This document shows, piece after piece, positions 63,735 through 64,000 of a DNA stretch of 64,000 nucleotides. This DNA is from Pirellulales bacterium (GTDB lineage: Bacteria > Planctomycetota > Planctomycetia > Pirellulales > PALSA-1355): contig CAVTBU010000005.1 of NCBI GenBank assembly GCA_963733035.1, positions 1,760,001 through 1,824,000 of the forward strand, written 5' to 3'. The translations under genes and the position numbers were made by a program. The notes below the pieces were generated by a model, which saw only the letters and a list, made by a program, of their open reading frames with translations, searched no databases and was not told the origin of the DNA. Numbering within the stretch: the first letter of the stretch is position 1; each line of letters begins with the position of its first letter.

Positions 63735-64000
63735 TCATTTCTTCTTTCCCGACGAATTGAGAGCGACAGCCGCGCGGATGAGATCCTTGAATGCCGCTTC
63801 GTTGATCTTGTCGTCTTGCTGGATATCGATGGCGCGCCGGACGTTCCCATCCATGCTCGCATTGAATAAACCCGCGGGATCTTTAAGAGAGGCTCCCTTG
63901 GCAAAGGTAAGCTTCACCTTGTCCTTGTAGGTCTCGCCGGTGCAAAGAATCCCGTCGTGGGACCAAACTGGGACCCCCGCCATCGCGTTCGACGGCTTTC
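63735..64000 (-). CDS. DUF1801 (YdhG-like) protein, 3' part
   Basis: GVPVWSHDGILCTGETYKDKVKLTFAKGASLKDPAGLFNASMDGNVRRAIDI; 5' end lies outside the window. Confidence 0.85.
   Translation of the reverse strand, partial: KPSNAMAGVPVWSHDGILCTGETYKDKVKLTFAKGASLKDPAGLFNASMDGNVRRAIDIQQDDKINEAAFKDLIRAAVALNSSGKKK

Overview
GC-rich chromosomal window, most likely from a planctomycete (Pirellulales-like). The evidence is an 'LRFEPLEDRKML' extracellular-protein leader, a 'protocadherin-like' Gly-rich protein paired with an SgcJ/EcaC-like protein, and a HemD-HemE fusion. Positions 1-11 kb hold mostly housekeeping genes (murD 5' end, SirB1-like, fumC, TPR protein, RmuC-like nuclease with an SOS-like box, flavin reductase, hemDE). 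Positions 11-35 kb look like one low-oxygen/dormancy energy island: an N-type ATPase operon (atpD-C-Q-B-E-F-A-G, no atpR) divergent from a His-rich protein, a cNMP-domain protein, a group 3b [NiFe]-hydrogenase and its protease. The island also carries ppsA, an ADP-forming acyl-CoA synthetase-GNAT, Hsp20, a Host_attach protein, a PIMT-erythromycin esterase fusion, an uncharacterised protein and a Trx/CcdA-like protein. Four correctly spaced sigma54 (-24/-12) motifs sit in front of units of this island. One of them drives an unannotated ~260-nt GGA-rich transcription unit with its own intrinsic terminator (28707-28995, minus strand). This candidate CsrA-titrating sRNA or micropeptide gene is the best lead in the window. 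Positions 35-64 kb hold a tripartite RND efflux system, a zinc-peptidase/ATP-grasp pair, a hybrid kinase with a hairpin 5' leader, a CobW GTPase, a sulfatase cluster, a pentameric ligand-gated ion channel and two large secreted repeat proteins. Seven apparent single-base deletions between 2.3 and 16.8 kb are probably sequencing errors. All calls come from motif recognition by eye; no searches were run.
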